Of a stretch of 56,050 bases of DNA, positions 1 through 22,900 are shown one piece after another. Source of the stretch: Gekko japonicus (lineage: Eukaryota); the NCBI RefSeq assembly GCF_001447785.1, contig NW_015174859.1:699808-755857 (forward strand). Direction: 5' to 3'. The notes beneath the pieces are model-generated. The model saw nothing but the letters and a program-made list of their open reading frames with translations, was not told where the DNA came from and searched no databases. Both the position numbers and the translations under genes were made by a program. How positions within the stretch are numbered: the first letter of the stretch is position 1; each line of letters starts with the position of its first letter.

Positions 1-380
1 CTTTGAAAGGAAGGGAATTCTTCAGGCATTTTTGTATTTTTGTACATACCTTCCAGATGTGAATTGGAAGGAGTGCTGCAGACTCCACCGCCCACCGAAG
101 CATTCCTAGAAGCCGCCTCACAAAACAACTTTTTTTTTTTTGGGCAACTGAATGGGAGGAGTTAGTATGGATAAGACCACTCCTTGCCTACCCCATAGCA
201 ACCCCCCTGCCCCGCCCCGCAGCAACCCTTCTCGTTGAACTGGAGAGGTAGCAACTCTTGTAGACTCGAGCAGCTGTGAAACCATTGGCCCTCCTGGAAT
301 CCCGCCAGGCCCCTTCCCACATGGGCTGCCATTTTGTCCTTACTGTTGCCTTCTAATAAACAGGTTCTTCTTTTTTTTTT
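1..380 (+). other. Probable 3' UTR end of the convergent neighbour gene (CHERP by synteny)
   Basis: AATAAA at 355-360 followed by a T-rich tract. CHERP lies tail-to-tail with C19orf44 in mammals. No coding sequence is visible, so identity is inferred. Confidence 0.4.
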
Positions 381-400
381 TTACAATATGAGGATTTAGT

Positions 401-406
401 TTTATT
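401..406 (-). terminator. Candidate polyadenylation signal of C19orf44
   Basis: TTTATT on + (AATAAA on -), about 370 nt downstream of the C19orf44 stop. Confidence 0.55.
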
Positions 407-773
407 TGGGCAAGGGGAAAGGAGGGGAGGATGCAGCACCAGAAGAAACTTTCAGTCTGGCTCTTTCAACCCTGAGCAGTTTGGGTTTTAGTGTGGAGTT
501 TCCAGCAGCGGGACCTGGCCTTGAGCTCAGATGCCCTTGCATTGGTCAGCCTGCAAAAGCCCTCTTGGGATTAATTTCCTTAAAAGCCTCTTCTGCCTCT
601 GTTTCGTTTCCACATTCAGGGTGCGCCTCCCCTGCTGAGAAAAGGCCACAGTCCATGCTAATCTTCTCTGCATCGTTCCAGTTTTAGTATATGTGCTGCC
701 GGAGCCACAGTCATTTTCAAGGCAGTCTTGGCCACCTGCCTCTGCTTTTCCTTTCCCGAGGGGCCCTGAGGAT

Positions 774-10051
<9,278 letters not shown>

Positions 10052-10435
10052 CGAGGCGAGACGGCCGCGGCTGCTGCTCCAGGGTGCCAGGCCAGGTCTA
10101 AGGTCAGGAGCCTCCTGCAGCGAGAAGGAGGAAGCGGCTCGTGATTCCTAGGAAGAAAGAAAGAAAGAAGGGAGTCTCCAAAGCACTCTGCACGAGCTCA
10201 GAAGAACGGTCATGTGGGGTTTCTTTCACCAAGGCAGGAATCCCGATCCCCCAGGAGGACAGAGCGGGGGAAGACGCCCCTCCAGCCCTACGGGGCAGAC
10301 ATGGCGTCACCACGGCTCGCACCCAGACTCCGGCCCCTCACCCGCGCCCCCGTCGCCAGCCGGGCCTGCGCCCCCGCCGCGCGCCTCCCTTCCTCCCGTC
10401 GCATCGCCGCAGGGCCCCGCCGGCTCCTCGTCCCA

Positions 10436-10448
10436 GTCACTTAGCAAC
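10436..10448. promoter_or_regulatory. RFX X-box-like motif GTCACTTAGCAAC
   Basis: Fits the GTNNCY-N-RGYAAC consensus, near the presumed C19orf44 start site. Confidence 0.55.
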
Positions 10449-10835
10449 TAACCCTGCGTGCCGCTGCGCTCTCTTGTTGGTTGAGGGTCTGGAGGCGGGA
10501 CAGCCAGGACAGCCAGTCAGAGAGAAAAACGTCACGAGGGAGTGGTCGTTACAGGCCGCCCGAGCGCTTCCAACACCCATCTATAGGGGGGGGGGTGGCG
10601 CTTCCCGGAGCGTGACGGACATGTGGTGAGAGTGAGGAGCGGAACGGTGGACCTACCAACGCCGGCTCTGAGGCTGGGGGGCGGGACTAACCGGTGTGAG
10701 GGCGGGGCATCTGTCTCGGCGGTGGCAGAAAAAGCAAGCCGCCGGACTCCGAGAGGGCGGTGTGGGGGAGGGTGCAACTGCTGGGGCGGTTGGTGAGCGG
10801 ACAGCCGTTAGCCTGGTCCGGCTCCGTCCGCCCAC

Positions 10836-10929
10836 ATGCCGCCCTCCAACGGGCAGCTCGCCCTGCTCTGGCTCCTGGCCCTGCCGGCCCTCGGCACTGT
10901 ACATTTCCGGGAGCAGTTTTTGGACGGAG
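10836..10929 (+). CDS. CALR3: CALR3 exon 1 (signal peptide, TVHFREQFLDG)
   Basis: ATG at 10836, hydrophobic leader, donor gtggag, phase 1. Confidence 0.88.
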
Positions 10930-13900
10930 GTGGAGGCCTGAGGAGGGGGCGGCCGCCCGCCAGTGGGAATAACCCCCCCCCCCCCCCCCCCCCCCAACTG
11001 GGGATTGTTATTCCCGCAAGCACTTTCCCATTTGGTTCTCCCCCGAAAAGGAACGCCGGGTTGCCAATCTCCGTGTGGGGCTTGGAGATCTCCCGGAATT
11101 ACAACTCTAAACAACAAACTCTAGAGATCAGTTCCTCTGGATGAAATGGCAGCTTTGGGGGCTCCATCTTCCAGATCTCAAGGAGTTTTCCAACCCGGAG
11201 TTGGCAACCCTAGACCATGTGATTGACCCTTTGATTAGGGGGAGAAGGGCATTTCCCCTGGAAGCACCGCTACAGAAAGTGACTTTGAAGTGGCTCTTGT
11301 ACGGTGCCGTCTTGACTTGTAGAAAAGAGCAAGAGGCCAGTAGCACCTTAAAAAGGTAAAGGTTCCTTTGCTCGAAAGCCAGTCGAATCCGACTCTAGGG
11401 TTGCGGTGCTCATCTCCGTTTCAAAGCCGAAGAGCCAGCGCTGTCTGAAGACATTTCCGTGGTCATGTGGCCGGCATGACTAAACACCAAGGCGCACGGA
11501 ACGCTGTTACCTTCCCACCGAAGTGGTCCCTATTTATCTACTTGCAATTTCTTGCTTTCGAACTGCTAGGTTGGCAGGAGCTGGAACTAGAGATGGGAGC
11601 TCACTCCGTCATGCGGCAACTCGGGTCTCAAACTGCTGAACTACCGACCTTCCACAGCCTGCAGTTCAGCGTATTAACCACTTGAGCCACCGCAGCTCCT
11701 TAAAGACCAACAAAAGTTGTGGGAGCTGTCGTAAGTCGAAGTGACCCTGCCTCAAATTTTGTTAAGTCTTCGAAGTGAGCTGTGGCTTATGAAAGCCACA
11801 AATGTTGTTAGTCCTTAAGGTGCTCCAGGACTGTTGCCCTGTTCTACAGCTGTAGACTAACACAGCCACCCATCTTGCTTAACTTGTCTTAGGCTTTGAG
11901 CCAGGGGTCTTATATGTGATCATTTGTTGAGATGGCAGCTTGCAATAATGATGCTTCTGTATTAATAGGTTGTATTAATCTGCCATCTCTTTATGTGATG
12001 TGTTGATTTTCAGCCAAGAATTTGCCTCCCACACTGGTTTAGGACAGTTAGAAATGACTGCAGTCAATCCTTTAAAGTCCAGAGTGATCAGGGAGGGAAA
12101 AGGTATCAAGTGTTTTGGAGCCCAGTTGGGCAGTGGCCTCTCACCACCAGTCCTTAATTGTTCCAGCTAGCGCCTTCATCCATAAACAAAATAGAAGTCT
12201 AGTGGCACCTTACAGACTCACAACAGAAACAATATGTTGTGTCAAGCTGCTGGTGATGATGTTCTTTTGGCCTGCACTTGTCTCTTATTTTACCACCCAT
12301 CTACCAAATTGTTGTGGGGGAATTAGCATTAAATGACAAATGTTTACCTCTGGTGACAAATTCTTTTGTTTTCTGTTTTATAACAGCAAAATGGCAGGAG
12401 AGATGGGTGTTGTCTCAGCATAAATCAAATTATGGGAAGTTTAGGTTAACTGCTGGGAGTTTTTATGGAGATCCAGAAGCAGATAAAGGTTTGAGAATTC
12501 TATCTGAGGATGATTGTAAAGGCAACATCAGTTCTGGTGTTTCTGTGCTTGTAACAGGTTGATAAATAACCAAAGGCTTCTTCCAGTACTGTATTTGTGC
12601 AAACCAATGGCCCCCTCTGCCCATGTAGTGTGTTGGGACCACCACTGGGTAGTAATTTGTAAATATTAATCATAGTTTTAGCCCCCCATCAGAGCTATGT
12701 TCATTCTTATAAATATATTTATTTATTTATGTTTATTTATAGCCCATGTTTCTCAAGACACGCTATACCATGTAAATCAATGCAGTCAGTAGGATTCAAT
12801 AATGAATAAACTAAGAAATAGGCAGATGAAGAAGGAGATTAGATTTATACCCCACCCTTCACTCAGAGTCTCAGAGCTGTTTACAATCTCCTTTTCCATC
12901 CCCTTCCCCCAATAGACACCCTGTGAGATAGGTGGGGCTGAGAGAGCTCTTTCCAGAACTGTCCTTTCAGATAACAGCTCTGACAGAACTATGGCTTGCC
13001 CAAAGTCATCCAGCAGCTGCAAATGGAGGAGTGGGGAATCAAATCTGGTTCTCCCAGAGTAGAGTCCACGCACTTAACCACTACACCAAACTGGTGTTAA
13101 ACATGACATGTTACACCATGCAGCACACAGTATTGCATAAACAGAAACACAGTACTTAATGGTATTGATTGGTAAAATAGTTTACAATACTAGTTTACAT
13201 GTCTGAGACATCTAATTTTGTGCTGCAGGTCTGCAAACGAGTGAAAATTTAAAATTTTATGCTATTTCATCACGGTTTAAACCATTCAGTAATAAAGGAA
13301 AGCCTCTGGTAATCCAGTATACAGTAAAGCATGAACAGAAGATAGACTGTGGTGGTGGTTATGTGAAAATATTCCCCTCTAACCTGAACCAAAAGAACAT
13401 GAGTGGAGAATCGCAGTACTATATCATGTTTGGTGAGTTGATTGCCTTAAGGCCACATTAGACATTGCCTCTGTGTAGTAAACCAATTGTGGACAAGTAG
13501 AGTAAAAACCTAAAGAGAGGAAGTCTAAACCTATAAAAACTATCTGATTATCAAAAGGAGTGTGCAGTTTTCTGAGAGTTTCTTTAAAATCAATCCAATG
13601 GAACCCCTCAGGAAACTCCTATTAGATTTTGAGTATGATTCCATAGGAGTATAGTGCCAGAGAGTTTCTTGGTGGATAACGTCCTTGGATTGTAATTCTG
13701 GATTAATGCTAGAGAGGAGGAGTAACTTGTGTTATGGATTGCCCCGTCCTAAGACCCTGATGCACCCACCCACCAGCATTGTCCTGGGGGAAGTACCTGT
13801 AAGAGTTCTGAGCAGAGCAGTGCTAATCAAATGCAGTCATAATATTCTCTCTTTAGGGTATTTGTGCTAAGGGCCCATTAGGTGCTGTTCCCATTAGCCA

Positions 13901-16900
13901 GGCTCAGTGCTCTGGTGTTCATGTCCTAGGCTGGGGTGATATCATGTCCTATCATTTGAGCTATTGGTGTCCTGGCTGGGATTTATGTAGTGTGTGTGTG
14001 TGTGGGGGGGCTGCAACTGGGTGCTGGGGCAGGATACAATTGGTTATATTTAGCATTTGGGAGGTGGAAGGTGGAACAACTCTTTTTTCCCCTTTCCTGG
14101 GCCACATGGTGGCTAAACAGATTTTCCAGATTTGTAGAAAAGTCCATAGTGGCCTGGGACAGGAGAGGCATCAACTGCTGACTTAAATCCAGCTCCACTC
14201 ATGGCACACCCTGGCCTCTCCCACTTCTCTGCCTGTGTAACAGTTACGTGAGGCAGGGCTGGCCACCAGCTCCAGTCCAGAAATGCTGGAGTAGCTCATG
14301 GAGATGCCAGCTTAAGTCTTGAGATACCCTGGTGTGGCACGTAGTCATCAACCCAAGCCCTCTTTATCTGAGAGTTCAGATGGGGTTGTGCAAAGTATTT
14401 GGGGGGGGGAAGTGTGGGCAGGGAGCCTGGCAAAAGCTGAAGACAGCACAGGAGAAGTAAACTGTGTTCTCGTTCTTCAGGACCTGATATTTGTGGATCC
14501 GATACAAAGAAAGTCCATGTCATTTTAAACTACAAGAGCAAATTTTATCCCAATAAGAAACAAATTAGATGCAAAGTAAGTACCACAAATGTTTCTAAAT
14601 ACTGCGGAACTCTATTTTTTCAAAGTCTTCCAGTGTTAGAAGTCTTGTGTGGGTGGCAGCTGTGCCATCTGGCAGTTCCCTGAATGCCAATTATGGAGAT
14701 GGCTTCAGTAGCATGTGTTGCTTTGGTGTGTTAATTTACATGTGCGATTCTTTGCTGCCTACTGCTTTAGCTTTTGGACAATCTTCCTTCTGGCCACTAG
14801 ACCTTATATAGCTACTCGTGGCCCCCATCTGCAGATAGCTAAATTGTCGGATCCGGGCCACATGGAGGCTAAACAGATTTTCCAGGTTTGCCAAAAAATC
14901 TGTACATTTTAAAAAATGTTTTTTAAAATCCCCTGAAAAGTAAAATAGCATTCTGTGTGTAAGCATGGCAGTGGCACACACCAGGAGACATTTGAGGACC
15001 TGTTGCTGCCATAGTGGATGCTGGGAGCCATTGGGGCTGCTCTCGCCGCCACCACTGGGCTCCAAGGCTCAGCATGGGAGGGGAGGGAGGGGATTTCCCT
15101 CCCCACGAGTTTTGCCGGCCCCCACTTGTACAGAAAAAGATAGTCTGGTCCTAGTCTGCCTGTTGTTTCTTTTTACAGTGGATATGTTGTAAGCAGTGTG
15201 TGTGTGGAGGGGATTGATGCAGTATACTCCTGCAGATAGCATACCCTGCAGTTGTGGACAAGTTTACATCGGGACCACACAGCACAGCATCCAGACAAGA
15301 ATAAAAGAGCATGAAAGACATTGCAGACTTGGCCAGCCTGAAAAATCAGCAGTGGCTGACAGAACACAGTACCTTATTCCAAGACACTGAAATGCTGGAC
15401 AACACATCCAATTACCATGTCAGATTACACAGGGAAGCCATTGAAATTCATAAACATAAATACAATTTCAACAGGAAAGAAGAGAGTTTAAAAATAAATA
15501 GGGCATGGTTTCCTGTCCTGAAAAACACAAAATGCTCTACATTTTACAACAGCACTACAGATAAGATTAGAATTTCAACAGCCAATCCATATGCAAAAGA
15601 ACCTCCTCAGGAAAGCACCTCTATTAGCATGTCACAGCCTGGAAAACTCCTACAAAATAATGACTCAGCCCTACCCCACCTTCCTGAGTAGATATAAATT
15701 ACCTGCCTACCATTTTTCTTCTCACATTGACACAGAGAGTACTCCACATCTTTCTGTGTTATACCTCTGAAGATGCCAGTCACAGCTGCTGGCAAAACGT
15801 CAGGTCCTACAATGCCAAGACCACGGCCATACAGCCCAGAAAATCTATAACAACTAATGAACTCCAGCCTTCAACAACATATCTAGAATCTGTTTGATCG
15901 GTGCTGGTTATAGTAGATAATGGTCTTTTTCTTTCCATTCTCTGTTTTAGGTTGATGGATTTACTCATTTATATACACTAATCTTAAGACCAGACCACAC
16001 GTATGAAGTGAAAATTGATAATGAAATAGTTGCCTCAGGCATTTTGGAAGATGACTGGGACTTCTTACCTCCACGGAGAATAAATGACCCAAAAGTGAAG
16101 AAACCGGAGGATTGGGGAGATGAACCTGAAATTGATGATCCAGAGGACACCAAGCCAGAGGTATATGCCTGCTCATGCAGACAAGTGTTACTAGACAACC
16201 AAGAGTCACCTTAGCTAAATTAGATGTATTCTGTTGTCAGGTCTCAGCTGTGGAAACTCCAGACAGTTGGGAAATAATTAAATGCATCCTCTCAGGAAGG
16301 TACAGATTCAAGCCAATCTTCCTCTCTGTGGCCTACCTGAGAAGGTGCTCAAAGAGACAGAGACTGAGATCAGACTGAGATAAGGGGGAGGAGGACACCA
16401 TGTTGCAAGGACTTCTTTATCCATCACTGTCTCTCTTGGGGGTGTGGGGTTGAAGCAGAAAATAAGAAGCACCAGTTTGGACAGTTTCCTTACCGGCTGA
16501 CTTCCCCATTTGTGAAGTGAGCTGGTATTACGGAAGAGAGCTTCTTTCTGTTTCCTGCCCTGGAGCAGCTTCCAGAAACCAGTCATTACTTTATCTCCCC
16601 ATTCATTGTGAAAACGGTTCACTTCCTTCTCTGCGTAATATTCCTTGTGACTGTCAGATAATGTTGCCTCCACGAGAACAGCTGGTGTACTTCAGTGCAA
16701 AACGTAACCTCTTCCTTCCTTTTTTCTCTCCCCCAGGATTGGAATGTTGCTGAATACATCGTGGACAACAGTGCTGAGAAACCTAAAGACTGGGATGATG
16801 TTAAACAGGGTGTCTGGCAACCCCCCCTGCTCAAGAATCCGCTCTACAGGGTACAGTACTATTGTTTGACTGTGGAAGACTCTGAAGGGCTTGATAGACA

Positions 16901-19900
16901 CTTTGGCAGTGAGTGTTCAGAAACTTTGGTTTGTTTCAGGGGGAATGGCAGCCCAGGAAGATCCCAAATCCAAACTACAGAGGTATTTGGCCCCATCCGC
17001 AAATTGAGAATCCAGCCTATGTGCCTGATGAGAGCATTTCAGTCTACGGGAACATAAGTGTTATTGGCCTTGATCTTTGGCAGGTCAGTTGTGTTTCTGC
17101 GTTTCTTTTTAAAGTTTATACCCGGGGTGGCCAAACTTGCTTAACATAAGAGCCACATAGAATAAACATCAGATGTTTGAGAGCCACAGGACATGAACAA
17201 ATATTACATGGTTTCTACTGGGAAATATGCAAATTTGTTTTTTATTAACATTAAATGAGGCTGCCAAAAATAATAACAAAAGTGGTAAAAGCAGATATTG
17301 ATAATGATATGTATTTGTCCAATGATATTTGTTTGCTAATGATTATTAGCTTCTCCAGCCGCCCTGCCAGGAGCCGCACAATATGTGTGAAAGAGCCACA
17401 TGCGGCTCCCGAGCCACAGTTCGGCCACCCCCGATCTGGATGAAGGGGTAGAAGGGGGCTACTCATTAAATTTGCTGATGATACCAAATTGGGAGGAGTA
17501 GCAAACACCCAAGAAGATACAGTTCAACTTCAACAAGACCAGAATACTTTGGAGAAGTGGGTAGTTGCAAACAGGATGCAGTTCAACAATGATAAATGCA
17601 CAGTATTACATCTGGGCCACAAAAATGTCAAGCACAAATACTGGATGGGGGATACGATTCTAGGGAGTAGTGTATGCGAAAGAGATCTTGGGGTAAGAGT
17701 GGACTGTAAATGAAATATGAACAGTCAGTGTGATGCGGTGGCAAAAAAAGGCAAACTCAGTCCTGGGTTGTATTAGAAGGGCCATAGCATTGAAATCGTA
17801 AGAGGTCATAGCCCCTGTGTACACTGCCTTGGTCAGGCTGCACCTGTGTGCAGTTCTGGAGGCCTCACTTCAGAAAGAATGTTGGCAAAATCGAGAGGGT
17901 GCAGAAGAGAGCGACCAGGATGATCAGAGGTCTGGAGACTGAGCCCTACGAGGAAAGGCTAAGGGCCTTGGGAATGTTTAGTTTGGAGGAGATTGAGGGG
18001 GGACATGATTGCTCTCTTTAAATATTTGAAAGGCTGTCATTTGGAGGAGGGCAAGGAGCTGTTCCAGTTGGCAGCAGAGGATAGGACCCGAAGCAACAGG
18101 TTTAAATTAAATGCAGAAAGATACTGGCTGGATATTAGGAAAACCTTTTTCATGGTCAGAGTGGTTCTAAGGTGGAACCAGCTGCCTAGGGAGGTGGTTA
18201 GCTCCCTGACACCCCAGCTCTAGAAAGTTTTTTGAGCACTCTCAGGTGCATAACATCTGGTCTGGGGGATCTGTACTCATCCAATGCAGCCAGGTGCTTC
18301 TCAGCTACCTGTCTGTCCATGTCAACCAGCAGCCCAGATGCTGTGACTTGCCTACTACCATCTCTAGATGAGCCTGTTCTCTTCTTCAGGGACAAAACTG
18401 AGGCAAAATAGGCATTGAATCTTTCTGCTTTCTCTCTGTCCTCTGTCAGAGTTTCTCCATTTTCACCCAACAGTGGGCCCATTGCCTCTTTCATCTTGCA
18501 TTTGCTCCTCACATATCTGAAGAAGAGTTTCTTGTTGTAGCGAGCCTCCCCGGCCAGCTTTAGCTCACTGTGAGCTTTGGCCTCTCTGATGGCTGACCAA
18601 CAATGCCTAGCAAGCTGCAGATACTCTTCTTTAGAGGTATGCCCTTGCCTCCATTTCTTGAACATTTCCTTTTTCTCCCTTAGCACATCACGCAGTTCTC
18701 TGTTCATCCACGTTGGCTTCTTGGATCCCCTACTATGTTGAGTTCATACTGACAGCTTGAGCTTGCAAAACCTCTTGTTTTAGGAGAGCCCACCCTTCAC
18801 TTGCTCCTTTCCCTTCCAGCAGTCTTGCCCTACTGAAATCTAACAAAAAGCAAAAAGGAATTCTAGGAGGACAGGGTCACTTCCCCCTAAGGTCCCCACC
18901 TCCTTCATCCCATCTACTATCTCTTGCTTGTTGGTCAATATTAAGTTGAGTATGGCTGAGCCCCTTGCAGCTTCCTCCACCATTTGATGAAGGAAGCTGT
19001 CGTCCAGACAGGTCAGGAAGTTGCGTGACTGTGGGCGCTTTGCAGAGTTTGTCTCCCAGCACACATCAGGGAAGTTGAAGTCACAGCTATCAGATCATGT
19101 TGTTTGGATACCCTGTCAGGCTGTTCAAGGAGGGCAGCATCCACCTCTTCATCCTGGTCAGGAGGTCTGTAGCAGATCCCTTGTAGCTTCCGCCACCATT
19201 TGAGGAAGGAAGTCATCATCCGGACAGGTCAGGAAGTTGCGATGATGAAGAAGAGTTGGTTTTTGTCTCCCAAAAGAGCTGGGTGTTGTTTTTTTTACCA
19301 TAAAGAGTCTCAAAGAGGCTTACAGTTGCCTTCCCTGCCTCTCCCCACGACAGTCCCTTTTTGAGGTAGGGTGGGGCTGAGAGTTCTGAGAGAACTGGGA
19401 CTGGCCTGAGGTCACCCAGCAAACCCTGCTCTCTCTCCCCCCCCTCACGCAGAGGAGAGGCAGGCGGCAGCTAGAGATGGGACTTTTTTTTGGTGGTTGC
19501 ACCTTGCCTGTGGAATGTCCTCCCCCCTGACTCACCTGGCCACCTACCTTCACCACTTTCTGTTGCAAGCCAAAATATTTCCTTTTACCTCAGTGTTTTT
19601 ATTCCGGGATTGATCTTTTACAGTCTGCTTCTAGCCCACTAAATAAATAAGTACAAAATGTATTTATTTACTTCACATTTATAGCCTGCCTTTCCCAGAA
19701 GTGGTCTCAGGGCAGGTAACAACATCATTTATACAAAAAATGTGTTAATAAAATAACATTAAAATTTAAAACATCTTCATAAATATTAAAATGGTGGTCA
19801 CAGCTAATAACAAATATATATCTGTGGTTGTGGAGGCCATATATGTTCCGCCAAAGGCCTGGTGGAACAGCTCTGTCTTTGCAGGCCCTGCTGAATTGAA

Positions 19901-22900
19901 GTAAATCCCTCAGGGCCCTGATCTCAATGGGAAGCATGTTCCACCAGGCAGGGGCCAGGGCGGAAAAAGCCCCGCCCCTGTTCGAGGCAAGAGTTTGGGG
20001 CCAGGGACTACCAGGAGGTGTTGATCCTTAGACCATAATGGTCTTTAGGGCATGTACGGGAAGAGGTGGTCCTTCAGATATGTTGGTCCCAGGCTGTGTA
20101 AGGCTTTAAAGGTTATTACCAACACCTTGAAGCGGATCCAGAACTCTACTGGTAACCAATGCAATTGGCGGAGTACCTGCCAAATGTGACCCCACATGGG
20201 CGTTGCTGTTAGTAGGCGCTCTGCTGTATTTTGCACCAGCTGTAGTTTCTGGGTCAGCCTCAAGGGTAAGCCTGCGTAGAGCGAATTACAGTAGTCAAGC
20301 CTGGAAGTGACCATTGCATGGGTCACTTTAGCCAAGTCTTGGGGGGAGAGATAGGGTTTCAGCAACCTAATCTGCCGAAGATGGAAAAAGGCAGATCGGG
20401 CAGCTACAGTAACCCGGGCCTCCATAGAAAGAGAGGCGTCCAAATTAATAAAAATATTGGGGGGGGGGGGGAAAGAGAGGCATCGAGGGTCACTCCCAGA
20501 CTCCTCACCTTCTGGGCAGGCACCAAAGATGCCCCTTCAAGCGTGGGGAGCCTGATACCTATATCCCCTCCCTTCCAACTCAGGTACAGGACCTCCGTAT
20601 TCGATGGATTTAGCTTCAACCGACTCTACCGCAACCATCCAGCCATATCCTCCAAAGCCAAATTATCAGGGGCAGAGGATAGATGGCCTTCCAATAACAG
20701 ATAGAGCTGGATGTCATCTGCATATTGATGGCAACTCAGCCCATACCTCCGGACCAACTGGGCAAGGGGGGTGCATATAGATGTTAAATAGCATTGGTGA
20801 GAGGATCACCCCATGCGGCACTCCACGTTCCAGTGGGTATCACAGGGAGGTCCTCTCGCCCAGCGCCACCCTCTGTCCCCGATCACGGAGAGAGGAGGAA
20901 AACCATTGCAAGGCAGTCCCCTGAGCTCCTACGTCGGCAAGGTCAATAGATCATAATCAGCCATGTCGAACGCTGCTGTCAGATCAAGTAATAACAGCAG
21001 TGCCGACTCGCCCCGGTCCAGATGGCTATGGAGGTCATCCGTAAGGGCGACCAAAGCCGTTCTCCGTCCCATGACCAGGGTGGAAGCCAGACTGGAAAGG
21101 ACTGAGGATGGAAGCGTCATCCAGGAAAGCTTGGAGTTGTTCTCAGCCACCTTACCCAGGAACAGTAGATTCAACACTGGGCAGTAGCTGGCCAGGACCA
21201 CAGGGTCCAGTGTTGGTTTTTTAAAGAGCGGTCAGCCTCCTTTAGGGCCCCTGGGAAAGTCCCAGTAGACGGGGACAAGTTGATAATTTCTCCCAGAGGG
21301 ACCCGAATGCTCTCCCTGCAGGCCTTCACTAGCCAGGAAGGGCAAGGATCAAAACGTTACACTGGTGCAACACGAGATTCTTTTTAATGAACTATTTGAA
21401 GTTTGTTGTCATTCTTAACTGCAGGTGAGATCTGGGACAATTTTTGATAATTTCTTGATCACAGACGATGAAACATACGCAGAAGAATTTGGTGATGAAA
21501 CATGGGGAGAAACTAAGGTAATGGCCTGGATTTGTCACACGAGTGTTCAACAAAGGGTAAATTTGGGCTTGGTCCCCCTTCCCTTTTTGTTTAATGGCTA
21601 GCCCTGGGAACAAACTATTCTTCCTGCCACTCAGCAAGACAGTTGCAGGGTCTCTTGTTCTGTAGGGCTAGAGGTTGGAGAGATGAATTAAAATGCTGTG
21701 TTTCTGGTCTCATAATCTCCTGTCTTGGCAGTTGGGCTAGATCTAACCCTTGTAGTTGTTTCCCATGTTGCCACACCCAAGGGCATCCTGCCCTGCCTGG
21801 CCCAATCTTAAGAACATAAGAACATAAAAGAAGCCAATGTTGGATCAGGCCAATGGCCCATCCAGTCCAACACTCTGTCACACAGTGGCCAAAAATACCA
21901 GGTGCCATCAGGAGGCCCAGCAGTGAGGCCAGGACACTAGGAGCCCTCACACTATTGATCCCCCCAAGCACCCAAAATACAGAGCATCACTTGCCCCGGA
22001 GTCCCTATCTATAACTTGTGGCTAATAGCCACTGATGCACCTCTGCTCCATATCTATATATCTAATAGCCAAGTTGCCCCCTCCATGCGGATATCTAAAT
22101 CCACACATCGGGGGCACTTGGGGGGCAGAGAGATTTTCCTGCACACTTGGAGCAGTCCCCAGGTGTGCAGAAAAATCTGAAACATTTAAAAAACTATACG
22201 GGGGATAGTTAAATCCCCCCCCCCAAAGGAAAAGAGTTCCCTGCACGTGCGCAGAGAACGCCCTTGCAACTGTCTTGCTGCCGCCGTGGGGGGGGAGGGG
22301 GCGGGAGAAGGCTTGGCGGGCCGGCGGCTGGGAGCCGCTCAGGACTCGCCATTGGTGCCGGGGGGCAGGGGAGAAGGCTCACCTGCAGCTCTTTCCTCCT
22401 CCTCCCCATGGATCTCCTCCGCCTTTTTTATTGCAGTCACACACTGTTTCAACATTTTCAGTGAGTTATCTACGACTCCAAGATCTCTCTCTTGGTCAGT
22501 CTCTGCCAGTTCGGACCCCATCAAGATCTCTCTCTTGGTCAGTCTCTGCCAGTTCGGACCCCATCAAGATCTCTCTCTTGGTCAGTCTCTGCCAGTTCGG
22601 ACCCCATCAAGATCTCTCTCTTGGTCAGTCTCTGCCAGTTCGGACCCCATCAAGATCTCTCTCTTGGTCAGTCTCTGCCAGTTCGGACCCCATCAAGATC
22701 TCTCTCTTGGTCAGTCTCTGCCAGTTCGGACCCCATCAAGATCTCTCTCTTGGTCAGTCTCTGCCAGTTCGGACCCCATCAAGATCTCTCTCTTGGTCAG
22801 TCTCTGCCAGTTCGGACCCCATCAAGATCTCTCTCTTGGTCAGTCTCTGCCAGTTCGGACCCCATCAAGATCTCTCTCTTGGTCAGTCTCTGCCAGTTCG

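Larger units (their letters stand above)
10290..10960. promoter_or_regulatory. CpG island / bidirectional promoter of C19orf44 and CALR3
   Basis: High CpG density, GC boxes near 10677 and 10700, divergent gene starts, and a likely C19orf44 non-coding exon 1 donor at 10341. Confidence 0.75.

Noticed and set aside
14100-14900. About 45-bp similar motif on both sides of CALR3 exon 4 (near 14100 and 14856)
   Set aside because: Most likely two fragments of a dispersed repeat. No evidence of function.
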